From IMG/VR virus record IMGVR_UViG_3300020213_000001: a stretch of DNA of 64,000 nucleotides; one strand, written 5' to 3'. The DNA is from a virus. Both the position numbers and the translations under genes were made by a program. Positions within the stretch are counted from its first letter, which is position 1, and each line of letters starts with the position of its first letter. This document shows positions 39,886 through 49,080 of this stretch, piece after piece. A model generated the notes under the pieces. The model did no database searches, had not been told where the DNA came from, and saw only the letters and a list, made by a program, of their open reading frames with translations.

Positions 39886-40656
39886 CTAGTTGATAGTAAA
39901 GCTACAGTTATTTCCACCAGTTGACTGGTAATTGCCAGGAGTGATCAGAGCTAGAAAGGCTTGTTTTGCGTTAGGTGATCCGGGAGTTGTACCCCAATAC
40001 ACAGCAAACAGCTTGTCTCCTACCATTAGTCCGTATTCCGGGAAAGAAGTGTTGTCATTAGAGCAAAACTTTACCGGGGTAACGCTAGTACCTGCACTTC
40101 CATTAGAGCCGTTAGATCCGTTATTGCCTTGAGCACCTTGAGCACCTTGAGCACCTTGAGAGCCATTGTTACCATTGTTACCATTAGGTCCTTGTGGACC
40201 AGCGGGGCCTTGAAGTCCTGGAATACCCTGTACTCCTGCAATACCTTGAGCGCCGTTAGCTCCGTTCAAACCATTACAAAGAAGCGCGACCGTTTGAGAA
40301 CTGCTAGATGTGATTGTATAACCTCCGGTGGGGCAATCAAAACCAGCGGCTACAGACTGAACGGTAACCGATGCACTTGCCCCATCTTGACCTGCGACTC
40401 CGTTACACACTGTTTTGATAGCAACGACTGATTCGCCAGATTCAAGCAATCCGTTATCATTAGTGTCACGAAATGATGTTAGCCTTAGACCACCAGTAGA
40501 ACATGGTGAGCCAGCTTGAAGATCTTCAATGTCTAGACCAGCACTAACTCCGTTTTGTCCAGTGACTCCTGGTGTTCCCAAGACAAAATAAGTCCTTCGT
40601 TTTCCGCACGACATTGTTACCACAGATACAAGGATAAGACAGATGATTTTTTTCAT
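39886..40656 (-). CDS. Collagen-like lipoprotein
   Basis: Signal peptide with lipobox-like TMSC; Gly-X-Y tract; repeated CxTGG...CNG units. Confidence 0.7.
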   Translation of the reverse strand: MKKIICLILVSVVTMSCGKRRTYFVLGTPGVTGQNGVSAGLDIEDLQAGSPCSTGGLRLTSFRDTNDNGLLESGESVVAIKTVCNGVAGQDGASASVTVQSVAAGFDCPTGGYTITSSSSQTVALLCNGLNGANGAQGIAGVQGIPGLQGPAGPQGPNGNNGNNGSQGAQGAQGAQGNNGSNGSNGSAGTSVTPVKFCSNDNTSFPEYGLMVGDKLFAVYWGTTPGSPNAKQAFLALITPGNYQSTGGNNCSFTIN

Positions 40657-40697
40657 AAAACTCCAAAATTTTTATAGGTCTATTTTCAGTATAGCAC

Positions 40698-41093
40698 TTA
40701 TCTTCCCAACTGTCCAGCCCCCCACACCGCAAGAGCTGTAACAATAATACCAGCACCAAAGTATAGGTAATCATTGGCCCTAGACATTTTTTCTTGTTTC
40801 AACAACCTATCATATTGATTGTATGACTCTTCCCTGAAATTATTAACCCTTTCTTCTGATTTAGCAATCGCCAAGTCTTTGAATTCAATGGTTTTGCCTA
40901 AAGATTCTGCTTCTTTTTTGTATTCAGCAATAGCAGACTGTAACTCTTTGTTTTTATTAACCAATCGACCACTCTCTAGGAAACAACCCTCTGTATACAC
41001 ATAAGAGCCTCCAAGCTTTTTAATGTCTGTTTCCCAATTGCAGCTTGCAAATGATTGTGTTGAAATTAAAAAACATAGCACTAATTTTTTCAT
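40698..41093 (-). CDS. Exported coiled-coil protein with C-terminal TM (spanin-like candidate)
   Basis: MKKLVLCFLISTQSFA signal peptide; C-terminal hydrophobic helix. Confidence 0.45.
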   Translation of the reverse strand: MKKLVLCFLISTQSFASCNWETDIKKLGGSYVYTEGCFLESGRLVNKNKELQSAIAEYKKEAESLGKTIEFKDLAIAKSEERVNNFREESYNQYDRLLKQEKMSRANDYLYFGAGIIVTALAVWGAGQLGR

Positions 41094-41100
41094 AAAACCC

Positions 41101-41400
41101 CTATTTTTTCTTGTTCCAGTTAAGATCCACTTCTTCACTTTCCGCATTTTTCTCATGTTCTTTTGCTTTAGAATTATGTTCTTTTGCTTGTTTGATGTGA
41201 ATAGAGGCTTTTGCTTGAAGCTCTTCTTGCTCAGTCTTTAGCAGGGTATCTTTTTTTTCAGCTTTATCTAGGTCTTTTTTTGCTCCATATAGGTTAAACT
41301 GCATGATCAGTTTCATGATTGCAGCCGCCACCACTAGAGGAATTAGTAGATAAAATAAAATCTTGCTGGTTTTTTTTAGGTTTAGTAGTTTTTCTAGCAT
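41101..41400 (-). CDS. N-terminal TM plus coiled coil (i-spanin-like candidate)
   Basis: ILFYLLIPLVVAAAIM followed by a Lys/Glu coil. Confidence 0.45.
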   Translation of the reverse strand: MLEKLLNLKKTSKILFYLLIPLVVAAAIMKLIMQFNLYGAKKDLDKAEKKDTLLKTEQEELQAKASIHIKQAKEHNSKAKEHEKNAESEEVDLNWNKKK

Positions 41401-41496
41401 TTAATTGTCCTTTTTTAGTATGCGTTTTTAGCCCAATAGGGCCTTTCAGTTCCGTTAATAGCCCAGGAGGCAGAATAAACTTCCGCAGCAAACATA

Positions 41497-41982
41497 TCAT
41501 TTAAAGAGCTTCCCACTTTGTGACATTCTAGACAAAATAGCTTCAGTCCAATTTTCATCAAACTTCATTTTAGACCAGGCGACTATTAGAGATTGCCTGT
41601 CCATGTATCTAACGGTACCGTAGGTTTCTTTGCCCCTTGCTTCGTATTTTACTACCTCTCTAGTGTCTAGGTTTAGGGTTTCCCTGTAATACTCAAATAG
41701 ATTAGATTCAAACTCGTCAATTATGCTCTTGCTCCAACCTTTATATTTGCCCTGTCCCTTACGTCCTTCGTTTGTGACCATAAATTCCAGGACTTTTTTA
41801 CCGAATGTTTGGGCAACTTCATAATCTATCTTATAGATAAAAAACTGCTCACATAGCTCAGCTAGAGGTTCCTCCCTGTCCTTTTGAGTATACCTGCTTT
41901 TACCCAACTCTTTATTTACGGAATTCTTCCAGTGCGTAAAGACTTTTTCTGGATCTGCTTTATTTTTTTCGTTCATTTTCAA
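41497..41982 (-). CDS. Hypothetical protein
   Basis: ORF with AGGAGG RBS. Confidence 0.55.
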   Translation of the reverse strand: MKMNEKNKADPEKVFTHWKNSVNKELGKSRYTQKDREEPLAELCEQFFIYKIDYEVAQTFGKKVLEFMVTNEGRKGQGKYKGWSKSIIDEFESNLFEYYRETLNLDTREVVKYEARGKETYGTVRYMDRQSLIVAWSKMKFDENWTEAILSRMSQSGKLFK

Positions 41983-42559
41983 ACTCCTCCTTTAGAGTTT
42001 TATTCATCCTTTCCTTTATCCTTTCCTTCATGGTTAGACCTTCGATTGTTTTATGGTCTTTTTCTGTTTTATTATTTTCTTTAGATTTCCTGTCTATAAA
42101 AAACAATACTTCACTCATTTGTTTTTCAGCATCTACCTGTAACAAACTAAGAAAAAAAGGCTCTATAACCTTAAAAACCATAGTCTTCTTTGACTTATTT
42201 TCTGGAAAGACTATCTCCTCTATTATGTTGTTTTTACACAACAATCCTATAATTTTCCTATAATTTTCGTTTCTAAACCCTACCCTTGTTTTCCAATTCT
42301 TATCGGAAGATACTATATTTTTTACCGATTCCCTGGTTAAAACAAAAACCACCCTACGCTGATAAAGTATTGAATTCAGTACAGAACATACGTTTTTAGT
42401 TACAGCTTCTAGCTTCTTTTCTTTACATATATTGTACTGTCTAAACATATAACCCCACTCCGCTAGTGAGTCAATATCTATCTGACTTATCTCTTTAGTG
42501 TTTTTCAATACAACTCTAAATGTATGTCCTTTTTCTTGAATTCTGTCTAAATCAATCAT
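41960..42559 (-). CDS. Hypothetical protein, possible winged-helix DNA-binding/replication initiator
   Basis: Basic; YRKIIGLLCKNNIIEE helix-wing-like pattern; next to the origin-like region. Confidence 0.35.
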   Translation of the reverse strand: MIDLDRIQEKGHTFRVVLKNTKEISQIDIDSLAEWGYMFRQYNICKEKKLEAVTKNVCSVLNSILYQRRVVFVLTRESVKNIVSSDKNWKTRVGFRNENYRKIIGLLCKNNIIEEIVFPENKSKKTMVFKVIEPFFLSLLQVDAEKQMSEVLFFIDRKSKENNKTEKDHKTIEGLTMKERIKERMNKTLKEEFENERKK

Positions 42560-43178
42560 TTTACCCCTATTGCACTATATTACCACTTTATCATCCGTCT
42601 CATTAAAAGCGACTTTCAAGTAAAAAATTAAACACTAAAAAACGTGGAAAAAATAAAAAAAAACATGCCGTATCATTTTTTGTGAAAAAAAACGATTTTT
42701 TTAGAGGGGAAATGTTTTATAAAACAGGTAACCTAAGTATAGAGTATTGTTGATATTTTTAAGATGAGACGGATAATGAGACGGATAAGTGAGACACAGA
42801 GGGTAGAGAGTAGAAGATAGAAGGGAGAGGGTAGAGGTTAGAAGAGAGAAGTTAACAAGATATATCAAAAAACAATTTTTATTTTTTAGAACACACAGAG
42901 TTATCAATTCTCTGGTAGAAACAAAAAGAATAACTCAAGTGGTGCCAAAGTCTGTGGTATTATTAAAATGCTAGTTTTTTCTTTTTAAATAGACTTTTAA
43001 TGAAAATGAGCTGGTTTTGTAAAAAGCAAAAGCCAACGGTGTTGGAATAGCCCACCAAAACCCTTTAAATGCCGTTTAAAGCTATTTGGAATGTTTTTGC
43101 GGTAGAGATGTTAGGTAAATACAAAAAAGCCTTTAAAACGGCTATAAAGCCCTTTAAACGACCGAATGGAGAAATAAA
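42560..43178. other. AT-rich intergenic region with iteron-like repeats (candidate origin)
   Basis: TGAGACGGATAA at 42765-42776 and 42777-42788; inverted partial copy at 42593-42602; purine-rich tract 42791-42860; genes diverge here. Confidence 0.4.
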
Positions 43179-43664
43179 ATGTCCGACTTTACTTTTGAGG
43201 GATCTATTGCATCTACAGATTATTCAGGAATTGGCGAAAGTTCTGGAGAAACATTTATTGGCCGTTTTAGTTTTAAATGCGTCCTAAGCCCTTTTGACCG
43301 CATTAGAGCCGATTCTAAGCGTCGTGAGCTTTTAGGCAGTACAAACCCTCACCTAGCGTCAAAAGAGGCCCAGAATGCGTCGTTTGCCCTGTCTGAACTC
43401 AAGTTTAGAGTTGTTGCTTCTCCCGATTTCTACAAAAATCGAGAAATTGATGGAGGCCATCTAGATTACAACATAATTATCGAGCTAATTAATATGGCAA
43501 TTGACGCAGAAGAAAGGTTTAAAGTTAAGCAACAAGAGCGACTCGAAGCCACTCAAAAAAGACTAGCCAGCGCAATTCGTAAGAAAAAGATTAAAAAAGA
43601 AGAAGCTGGTATTGCTGAAGAGGTTTCCCCAGAAAATGTAATGGAAGTAGATTTGGATGAATAA
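43179..43664 (+). CDS. Putative tail assembly chaperone
   Basis: Size and GxFxFK..LS...R..LLG pattern recalling myophage tail chaperones. Confidence 0.4.
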   Translation: MSDFTFEGSIASTDYSGIGESSGETFIGRFSFKCVLSPFDRIRADSKRRELLGSTNPHLASKEAQNASFALSELKFRVVASPDFYKNREIDGGHLDYNIIIELINMAIDAEERFKVKQQERLEATQKRLASAIRKKKIKKEEAGIAEEVSPENVMEVDLDE

Positions 43665-44098
43665 TGTCTAAAGTTTATACAGAGTACACTTTTGCACAAA
43701 CCGAAGCCATTTCAGAAGCTTTGGAATATTCCGACATGGGTTTTTTTAGAAAAGTATGCCGGTGGTTTTCCTCTACTTTTCACATGCCACTAAATGAAGT
43801 TATGAACGGCGATAAAATTACCTGGGATTCGGTTTTACTGCATTACTACGAATCAAACCTAGAGAAGGTAAACTACAATCAAATTTACGATATTGCTTGT
43901 GAAGAATATTTGCCGGAACTAGCCGAACAAAATGAAAGGGAAAATCAGGAAATAGCTGATAGCTACATAATTGAACAAAAACGAACACTTAATGTAAAAA
44001 ATAAAAAAGTAGTTGAAAAAGTAGTTGAAAAAAAACCAGAACAGGATAGAATGAAAGTAAGCCCGATAAACATGATATTTGAGGATGAGGAGGTATGA
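43664..44098 (+). CDS. Hypothetical protein (possible second tail chaperone)
   Basis: Coupled ORF; RWFSSTFHMP. Confidence 0.4.
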   Translation: MSKVYTEYTFAQTEAISEALEYSDMGFFRKVCRWFSSTFHMPLNEVMNGDKITWDSVLLHYYESNLEKVNYNQIYDIACEEYLPELAEQNERENQEIADSYIIEQKRTLNVKNKKVVEKVVEKKPEQDRMKVSPINMIFEDEEV

Positions 44099-44283
44099 AC
44101 AATCAGATTTTTATAGCAGTCTTAGGATCTATTACGGGACTTTTCTCGGTTTATGTTATTAAGTTAATCCCCGATCATAAGACAAGATTTATTTACAGGC
44201 TAGGGATGGTATTAGCACAAACTAACATAGCACTCAGTGTCGGCCTTTTGGGTGTTTTAATAATCTCAGGAGTTATCAAGTGA
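44095..44283 (+). CDS. Small two-TM membrane protein
   Basis: Two hydrophobic segments; GGAGG RBS. Confidence 0.55.
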   Translation: MNNQIFIAVLGSITGLFSVYVIKLIPDHKTRFIYRLGMVLAQTNIALSVGLLGVLIISGVIK

Positions 44284-44567
44284 AAAAAGTAATCACGCTA
44301 GATATCATTAAAAAAGTTGTTTCTTCCAACATAGAGCTGGTTGGTTTTAAAAGTAACGTAACATACGTAAAGTTCAAAAACGGCACTTTGTATTCTTATG
44401 ACAAAACATCTATGCAGGATTTCGAATCTCTGCTAAAATCAGAGTCAATCGGAAAGTATTTTAATTCCTCATTTAAAAATTCATTTGAGTTTTCTAAACT
44501 AGATGATGTTGAGGTTAAGGCTAAAGAAGAGCCCAAGGTGGAATTAAAAAAAGAGCCTACCGAGTAG
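44280..44567 (+). CDS. KTSC-domain protein
   Basis: VSSNI..VGF...VKFKNG..Y.Y....F..LL.SES.GKYFN. Confidence 0.75.
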   Translation: MKKVITLDIIKKVVSSNIELVGFKSNVTYVKFKNGTLYSYDKTSMQDFESLLKSESIGKYFNSSFKNSFEFSKLDDVEVKAKEEPKVELKKEPTE

Positions 44568-44595
44568 TTTTAACGATCTATAAAAATAATCTTTA

Positions 44596-44624
44596 TTGAC
44601 TCACAACTTTTTTTGTGATACTAT
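44596..44624 (+). promoter_or_regulatory. Sigma70-type promoter with palindromic spacer
   Basis: TTGACT-N17-TACTAT; TCACAA-N6-TTGTGA at 44601-44618. Confidence 0.65.
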
Positions 44625-44653
44625 GTACTTAGGAAACAGGTTGAGGGGGATTT

Positions 44654-44890
44654 ATGACTATTAAAGAATTCTACAAGCTACTAAATTCGCACGACTGGTA
44701 TTTTCATTACTCAGACGATTCAAGGGTTAACACTAGTGGCCAGAAAGAGCTGGATTTGCTTAAAAAAGTAGCAAACAGTGAGGGCGGAATGTTTTGTGAT
44801 TTGCTTGATAAATATGAATCCTATATCTTCTCCGGGCCATCATATGGAACTGTTAGAAAAATTAAGCCAGAATTGGAGGAGTTTGTATGA
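44654..44890 (+). CDS. Hypothetical phage protein
   Basis: HDWYFHYSDD motif; own promoter and RBS. Confidence 0.6.
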   Translation: MTIKEFYKLLNSHDWYFHYSDDSRVNTSGQKELDLLKKVANSEGGMFCDLLDKYESYIFSGPSYGTVRKIKPELEEFV

Positions 44891-45084
44891 AAATCAACAG
44901 ACATTTCATTAAAGACTTTCCTAAATACAAAGTGATTGGAAAGAGCTACATTGTTAAATTAGTCAAGGCTTATAAAACCGACAACGGGCTTTTTTTTACG
45001 GCTGAAATTGTTTCTGGGGATGGGATCGGCAAATGGACAAGTGTAAATAAGAAAGAACTCAAGGGAGTGACCAGTGACCAGTGA
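44887..45084 (+). CDS. Hypothetical protein
   Basis: GGAGG RBS; ATGA overlap. Confidence 0.55.
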   Translation: MKINRHFIKDFPKYKVIGKSYIVKLVKAYKTDNGLFFTAEIVSGDGIGKWTSVNKKELKGVTSDQ

Positions 45085-45340
45085 ACAGTTTCTTAAATCT
45101 GCTCAAGCTGCCCTTAAGGGTTTCAAATATGAAAGGATTGAGGTGTTTTTAGAGGAAGATGATGTTTTTCTTATTGAAATTATTTCAGACGAGTTTAAAG
45201 GGGTAAGTCTAAATAATCGAATTAACATGATGATTAGTAAATTCATGAGGTTATCGATGTCCATCGGTGATTATCAAATAGTCTACGGCCCCTTAACTGT
45301 TAATGAAAAAGATAGCGGAATTAGCGAAAGCAAGCTATAA
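45074..45340 (+). CDS. BolA-like small protein
   Basis: IEIISDEFKGVSL.NR...PLT..E. Confidence 0.5.
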   Translation: MTSEQFLKSAQAALKGFKYERIEVFLEEDDVFLIEIISDEFKGVSLNNRINMMISKFMRLSMSIGDYQIVYGPLTVNEKDSGISESKL

Positions 45341-45348
45341 TAGGTTTT

Positions 45349-45825
45349 ATGGTGAAAGTGTTATTCCTGGATATAGATGGCGTTTTAAACTCTAAGCAGT
45401 CAGCTAGGTACTACAAAAGACAGGGCAAGCGTCCATATAAAAACCTCTGCCCAATTGCAAGCTCTAATCTTCAATTTTTAATGGAACTTATCCCCGATAT
45501 TAAAATAGTAATATCATCTACATGGAGAATCTCAAGCTCTTTGGGGGAACTAAGGAAACTATTAAATTGTGTAGGGATTCCCAAGGAATCTGTTATAGGG
45601 GTTACCCCTAAAGGCTCCGATAGGGGTATCGAACGGGGCCATGAAATACAGGGTTGGTTGGATTTGCATACAGATGTTAAGAATTTTGTTATTTTAGACG
45701 ATGACTCGGATATGTTGCATTTAAGTGACCATTTGATCCAGACCGAAACAAGCCATGGTTTAATGTATGAAGATATGCTTAAAATTGTTAATAAATTCAA
45801 GGTATTTGGAGCAACTATCCGGTAA
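45349..45825 (+). CDS. HAD-family phosphatase (Swiss-army-knife RNA-repair type)
   Basis: LFLDIDGVLN, VISSTWR, RG.EI..WL, FVILDD. Confidence 0.8.
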   Translation: MVKVLFLDIDGVLNSKQSARYYKRQGKRPYKNLCPIASSNLQFLMELIPDIKIVISSTWRISSSLGELRKLLNCVGIPKESVIGVTPKGSDRGIERGHEIQGWLDLHTDVKNFVILDDDSDMLHLSDHLIQTETSHGLMYEDMLKIVNKFKVFGATIR

Positions 45826-45891
45826 TTCCAGATAGTTCAAATGTTAGTTGATTCCAGTGTCACACTGTGTTAATGTTTATTCAACGGAGAC

Positions 45892-46161
45892 GTGATATTA
45901 CTTGCGTTTCCTGGCGCAAACCATGGGGATATAGCATATGAAAAAGTAACAATTAGCCTTGATGATATTTTCACCTATAGGCTAAGGGATGAATCAGAAA
46001 CATTGGAAGTGTTCGGTGAAGCATATTTAGATGAAATGGGCATTGAAGTACCGGCCGAATTGCTTTCCGAATACAGATCGGTTATGGTTAAATACGCCGC
46101 CCTACAAGTAAATCTTAAAAAACATCAAGAAGAAAAAGAAAAAGAGCTGTACGACTGGTAG
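45892..46161 (+). CDS. Hypothetical protein
   Basis: GGAGA RBS; TTGATT-N17-TAATGT promoter at 45848-45876. Confidence 0.5.
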   Translation: MILLAFPGANHGDIAYEKVTISLDDIFTYRLRDESETLEVFGEAYLDEMGIEVPAELLSEYRSVMVKYAALQVNLKKHQEEKEKELYDW

Positions 46162-46188
46162 TGTTAGGGGTTAACTAAAAAATAAAAT

Positions 46189-46551
46189 ATGAAGATAAAG
46201 TTTATTAAATTAGCTCAAAAAATGTCAAAGCTTAGTACTCACTCAAAAGCGCGCATAGGCGCGGTAATTGCAAACGGATCTAGAGAAGTGTCCAGAGGGT
46301 ATAATTCGATAAAAACTCATACCCGCAGCAATACTCCATATGAGGATCTACACGCTGAAGCATCTGCAATTGTTAACGCAGGTTTTAGGGAAATCAGGGG
46401 TTGTGATATCTACGTATATCGTGAAAACAAAAACGGTGAAATGGCCATTAGTAAGCCATGTATTTATTGCCAGGACCTTATTAAGCGATCAGGAATAAGG
46501 CGAGTTATCTACACTACAGAATGCGGTATTGTTCAAGAAAAAGTAGTGTAA
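46189..46551 (+). CDS. Zn-dependent cytidine/dCMP deaminase-like protein
   Basis: HAE and PCIYC motifs. Confidence 0.8.
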   Translation: MKIKFIKLAQKMSKLSTHSKARIGAVIANGSREVSRGYNSIKTHTRSNTPYEDLHAEASAIVNAGFREIRGCDIYVYRENKNGEMAISKPCIYCQDLIKRSGIRRVIYTTECGIVQEKVV

Positions 46552-46622
46552 TTTCAAATAGTTTTTAAACGGTAGGCATTTTGATTTCATAACAGCGGCT
46601 AGCTCTCGCATCTACCCTTTAG

Positions 46623-47026
46623 TTATACCTCAAACAAGTCAGGGGTTTTAATAATGATATCCATCCTGGCAACCACACCTTCTACACTGTTATCATAGTC
46701 TTTCCACTCATTACTAAATAGGAAATTCCAAGTATCATTACCGTCTGCAATATTAAAAAGGCGTTCGGAATATGAAAAAAACATAACTCTGGTATACCGA
46801 AAAATCCACCTGGATAAAATTCAACTGGTTCGGGTTCCAATCCCTTAACAAATGGTGCCCAACCAAGGGCGCAACCGATGGTACCGCATATATTTTTAGT
46901 AGTAAAACTACAAGATGTGTCTACATCAAGAGTTTTGCTACGAAAATCTCCCATATCAAATTTATCTTGCGTTACATGCTTTTCCAAATAGTTGCGTAGC
47001 TTTTTAAGATTGGTTACATTAATCAC
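46623..47026 (-). pseudogene. Hypothetical phage gene interrupted by a -1 shift at a T7 run
   Basis: CGTIGCALGW frame; after the T7 run (46775-46781) the -1 frame continues SYSERLF..WNFLF..W..DNSVEGVVARM to a stop at 46623. Confidence 0.5.
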
Positions 47027-47123
47027 GCACACCTCATAAAATGGCATCAGATATTGATGCATTGTTAAATTATAATCTAAAATGTTTATTAAAGCAAGTG
47101 GTTTTTAAAAAGTTAATAAAACA

Positions 47124-47702
47124 CTACAAGCTAGTCACTTGCTTAAGAAACTGAATGTTAAGAGCTTGCTGGTTATTCCCGGCAGCGCTGACATCTTCAC
47201 CGGCATTTCTGGCAGCATAGGCGGCACTATAGGCGGCATTGTTGGCAGTATGTATGGCATAGTTGGCGGCACCAGAGGCAGCTCGGGCGGAATTATAGGT
47301 GGCATAGTGGACAGCGGTGGCGGCATAGGCGACGCAATCGGTGGCATAGCTGACTTGAATAATATCTAAGTGTCTTTTAATCTCCGACTTTTCAATATCG
47401 TTCAAGTTATTAAAATCCTTAACTGTTTTAAGAAAATTGATGCAATCTCTAGGGCGTTTATCTTTTGGGTATTTTTTCTCAAAAATATGTAATACGCTTT
47501 CAGCACAAAGAACAGACCAAATCACAGCTTGGTTTTGGGTTAAAATCTTTTCTGCAACCCAAGTTTTATCATCATAGTCAAGATTAGTTAAGTCTAGGAA
47601 ATCATTAAAGCTTCCATCAAAATTAGCGTTATTCTCTAGGAAATGTTCATACCTATCAAAGCAAGGATTTAGGCTTTTCAGTACTTCTTTATTGATCTGC
47701 AT
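47124..47702 (-). CDS. Imm5-like paralog, copy A
   Basis: MQINKE..PC.DRY N-terminus; W..LCAESV.HIFE.KYP.DKRPR; Ala/Tyr core; LNIQFLKQV. Confidence 0.75.
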   Translation of the reverse strand: MQINKEVLKSLNPCFDRYEHFLENNANFDGSFNDFLDLTNLDYDDKTWVAEKILTQNQAVIWSVLCAESVLHIFEKKYPKDKRPRDCINFLKTVKDFNNLNDIEKSEIKRHLDIIQVSYATDCVAYAATAVHYATYNSARAASGAANYAIHTANNAAYSAAYAARNAGEDVSAAGNNQQALNIQFLKQVTSL

Positions 47703-47714
47703 ATGGAGTCCTTT

Positions 47715-48323
47715 TCAAACACTAGTTACTTGTTTAAGAAACTGAATGTTAAGCTCTTTCTGTTTTTGCTTGGCAGAACGGGCAGCATTAGAGGCATAGA
47801 AAGCATCTTCATCGGCAAAGGTGGCTTCGGTGGCATGGAAGGCAGCAAGGGTGGCATAGGAAACAGCTTCAGAAGTACGAACAGCACAGGCGGCCCGGAT
47901 GGCATAATAGGCAGCATCGGAGGTAGCACGGACTGCATGGGTATTATAGTAGTGAATAGGGGTATTGCTGGCAGTACGGTAGATCGCTTCATGCCTTTCA
48001 ATCTCCAATACTTGAGCATCGGTCAAACTATTGAAATCCTTAACTGTTTTAAGGTATCGAATACAATTACTAATGTATCTATCATCTGGATACTTTGCTT
48101 CAAAAATATGCACAACACTTTCGACACAAAGTATTGACCAGTTAATAGCTTGGTGTTTAGTTAATACATTTTTGGTAACCCAAATTTTATCGGCGTACTC
48201 AAGATTAGGTAAGTCCAGGAATTCGATAAAACTACCGTTAAACTCAGCGTGATGCTCTAGATAATTCTCATACCTGCTAGCGCAAGGCTCTAGGCTTCTC
48301 AAGAATTCTTTGTTAATTTGCAT
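47715..48323 (-). CDS. Imm5-like paralog, copy B
   Basis: Same architecture; own promoter (-35 at 48378-48383). Confidence 0.75.
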   Translation of the reverse strand: MQINKEFLRSLEPCASRYENYLEHHAEFNGSFIEFLDLPNLEYADKIWVTKNVLTKHQAINWSILCVESVVHIFEAKYPDDRYISNCIRYLKTVKDFNSLTDAQVLEIERHEAIYRTASNTPIHYYNTHAVRATSDAAYYAIRAACAVRTSEAVSYATLAAFHATEATFADEDAFYASNAARSAKQKQKELNIQFLKQVTSV

Positions 48324-48383
48324 AAAGTGTCTCCTGTGTTGTTGCTCTTAACCCATTGTTGCATATAGGGCCAGGCTTGTCAA

Positions 48384-49013
48384 CTATAAACTAATCACTT
48401 GCTTAAGAAATTGAATGTTGAGTTCTTCTTGATTTTGTTGAGCGGCATTTTTAGTAGAATCGCTGACAGAATAAGTGGTAGGGTTGGCGGCATAGTGGGC
48501 GGCACTAGTGGCATAGTTGGCACAGCGGACGGCATTGTATGCGGCATCGGCGATCAAGCGGACGGCAGCACAGACAGCATAGAGGGCATTGGCGGCATAG
48601 ACGGCATAGAGGGCATAATAGTTGGCACGGACAGCGGAGCGGGAAGCTCGGGCGGTACAACAGTCTCCAATAATATCCCTGTGCTTTTCAATCTCCTCTC
48701 TTTCAGTATCAGTCAAGTTATCAAAATCATTAATAGTCTTGAGGAAATTGATGCAATTGTTAAGAATCTTGTCGTCTGTATTCTTAGCTTCAAACATATG
48801 AACTACACTTTCAGCACAAAGAGTTGCCCAGCTAACGGCTTGATTTTGGGTTAACACCTTTTCTGCAACCCAAACTTTATCAGAGTAAGCAAGATTAGGT
48901 AAGTCTAGGAATTCACTAAGGCTTCCATCAAAGCTAGCATTGTGTTTTAGAAAATGCTTATATCTATCAGCACAAGGATTTAGGCTTTTCAGTACTTCTT
49001 TATTAATCTGCAT
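48384..49013 (-). CDS. Imm5-like paralog, copy C
   Basis: Same architecture; TTGACT-N17-TATTCT promoter. Confidence 0.75.
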   Translation of the reverse strand: MQINKEVLKSLNPCADRYKHFLKHNASFDGSLSEFLDLPNLAYSDKVWVAEKVLTQNQAVSWATLCAESVVHMFEAKNTDDKILNNCINFLKTINDFDNLTDTEREEIEKHRDIIGDCCTARASRSAVRANYYALYAVYAANALYAVCAAVRLIADAAYNAVRCANYATSAAHYAANPTTYSVSDSTKNAAQQNQEELNIQFLKQVISL

Positions 49014-49080
49014 AAAGTGTCTCCTGTGGTTTATCAGAGAATAGCATATAAAACTAAACTAGTCAACTATAGTATTAACA

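Noticed and set aside
2825-41504. Antisense ORFs within structural genes (e.g. 14865-15500, 9957-10367, 9437-9868)
   Set aside because: Fully overlap well-supported genes on the other strand and lack motifs or RBS
42701-43287. ORFs 42701-42907 (minus) and 43069-43287 (plus)
   Set aside because: Low-complexity translations of an AT/purine-biased intergenic region, or overlap with the better 43179 gene
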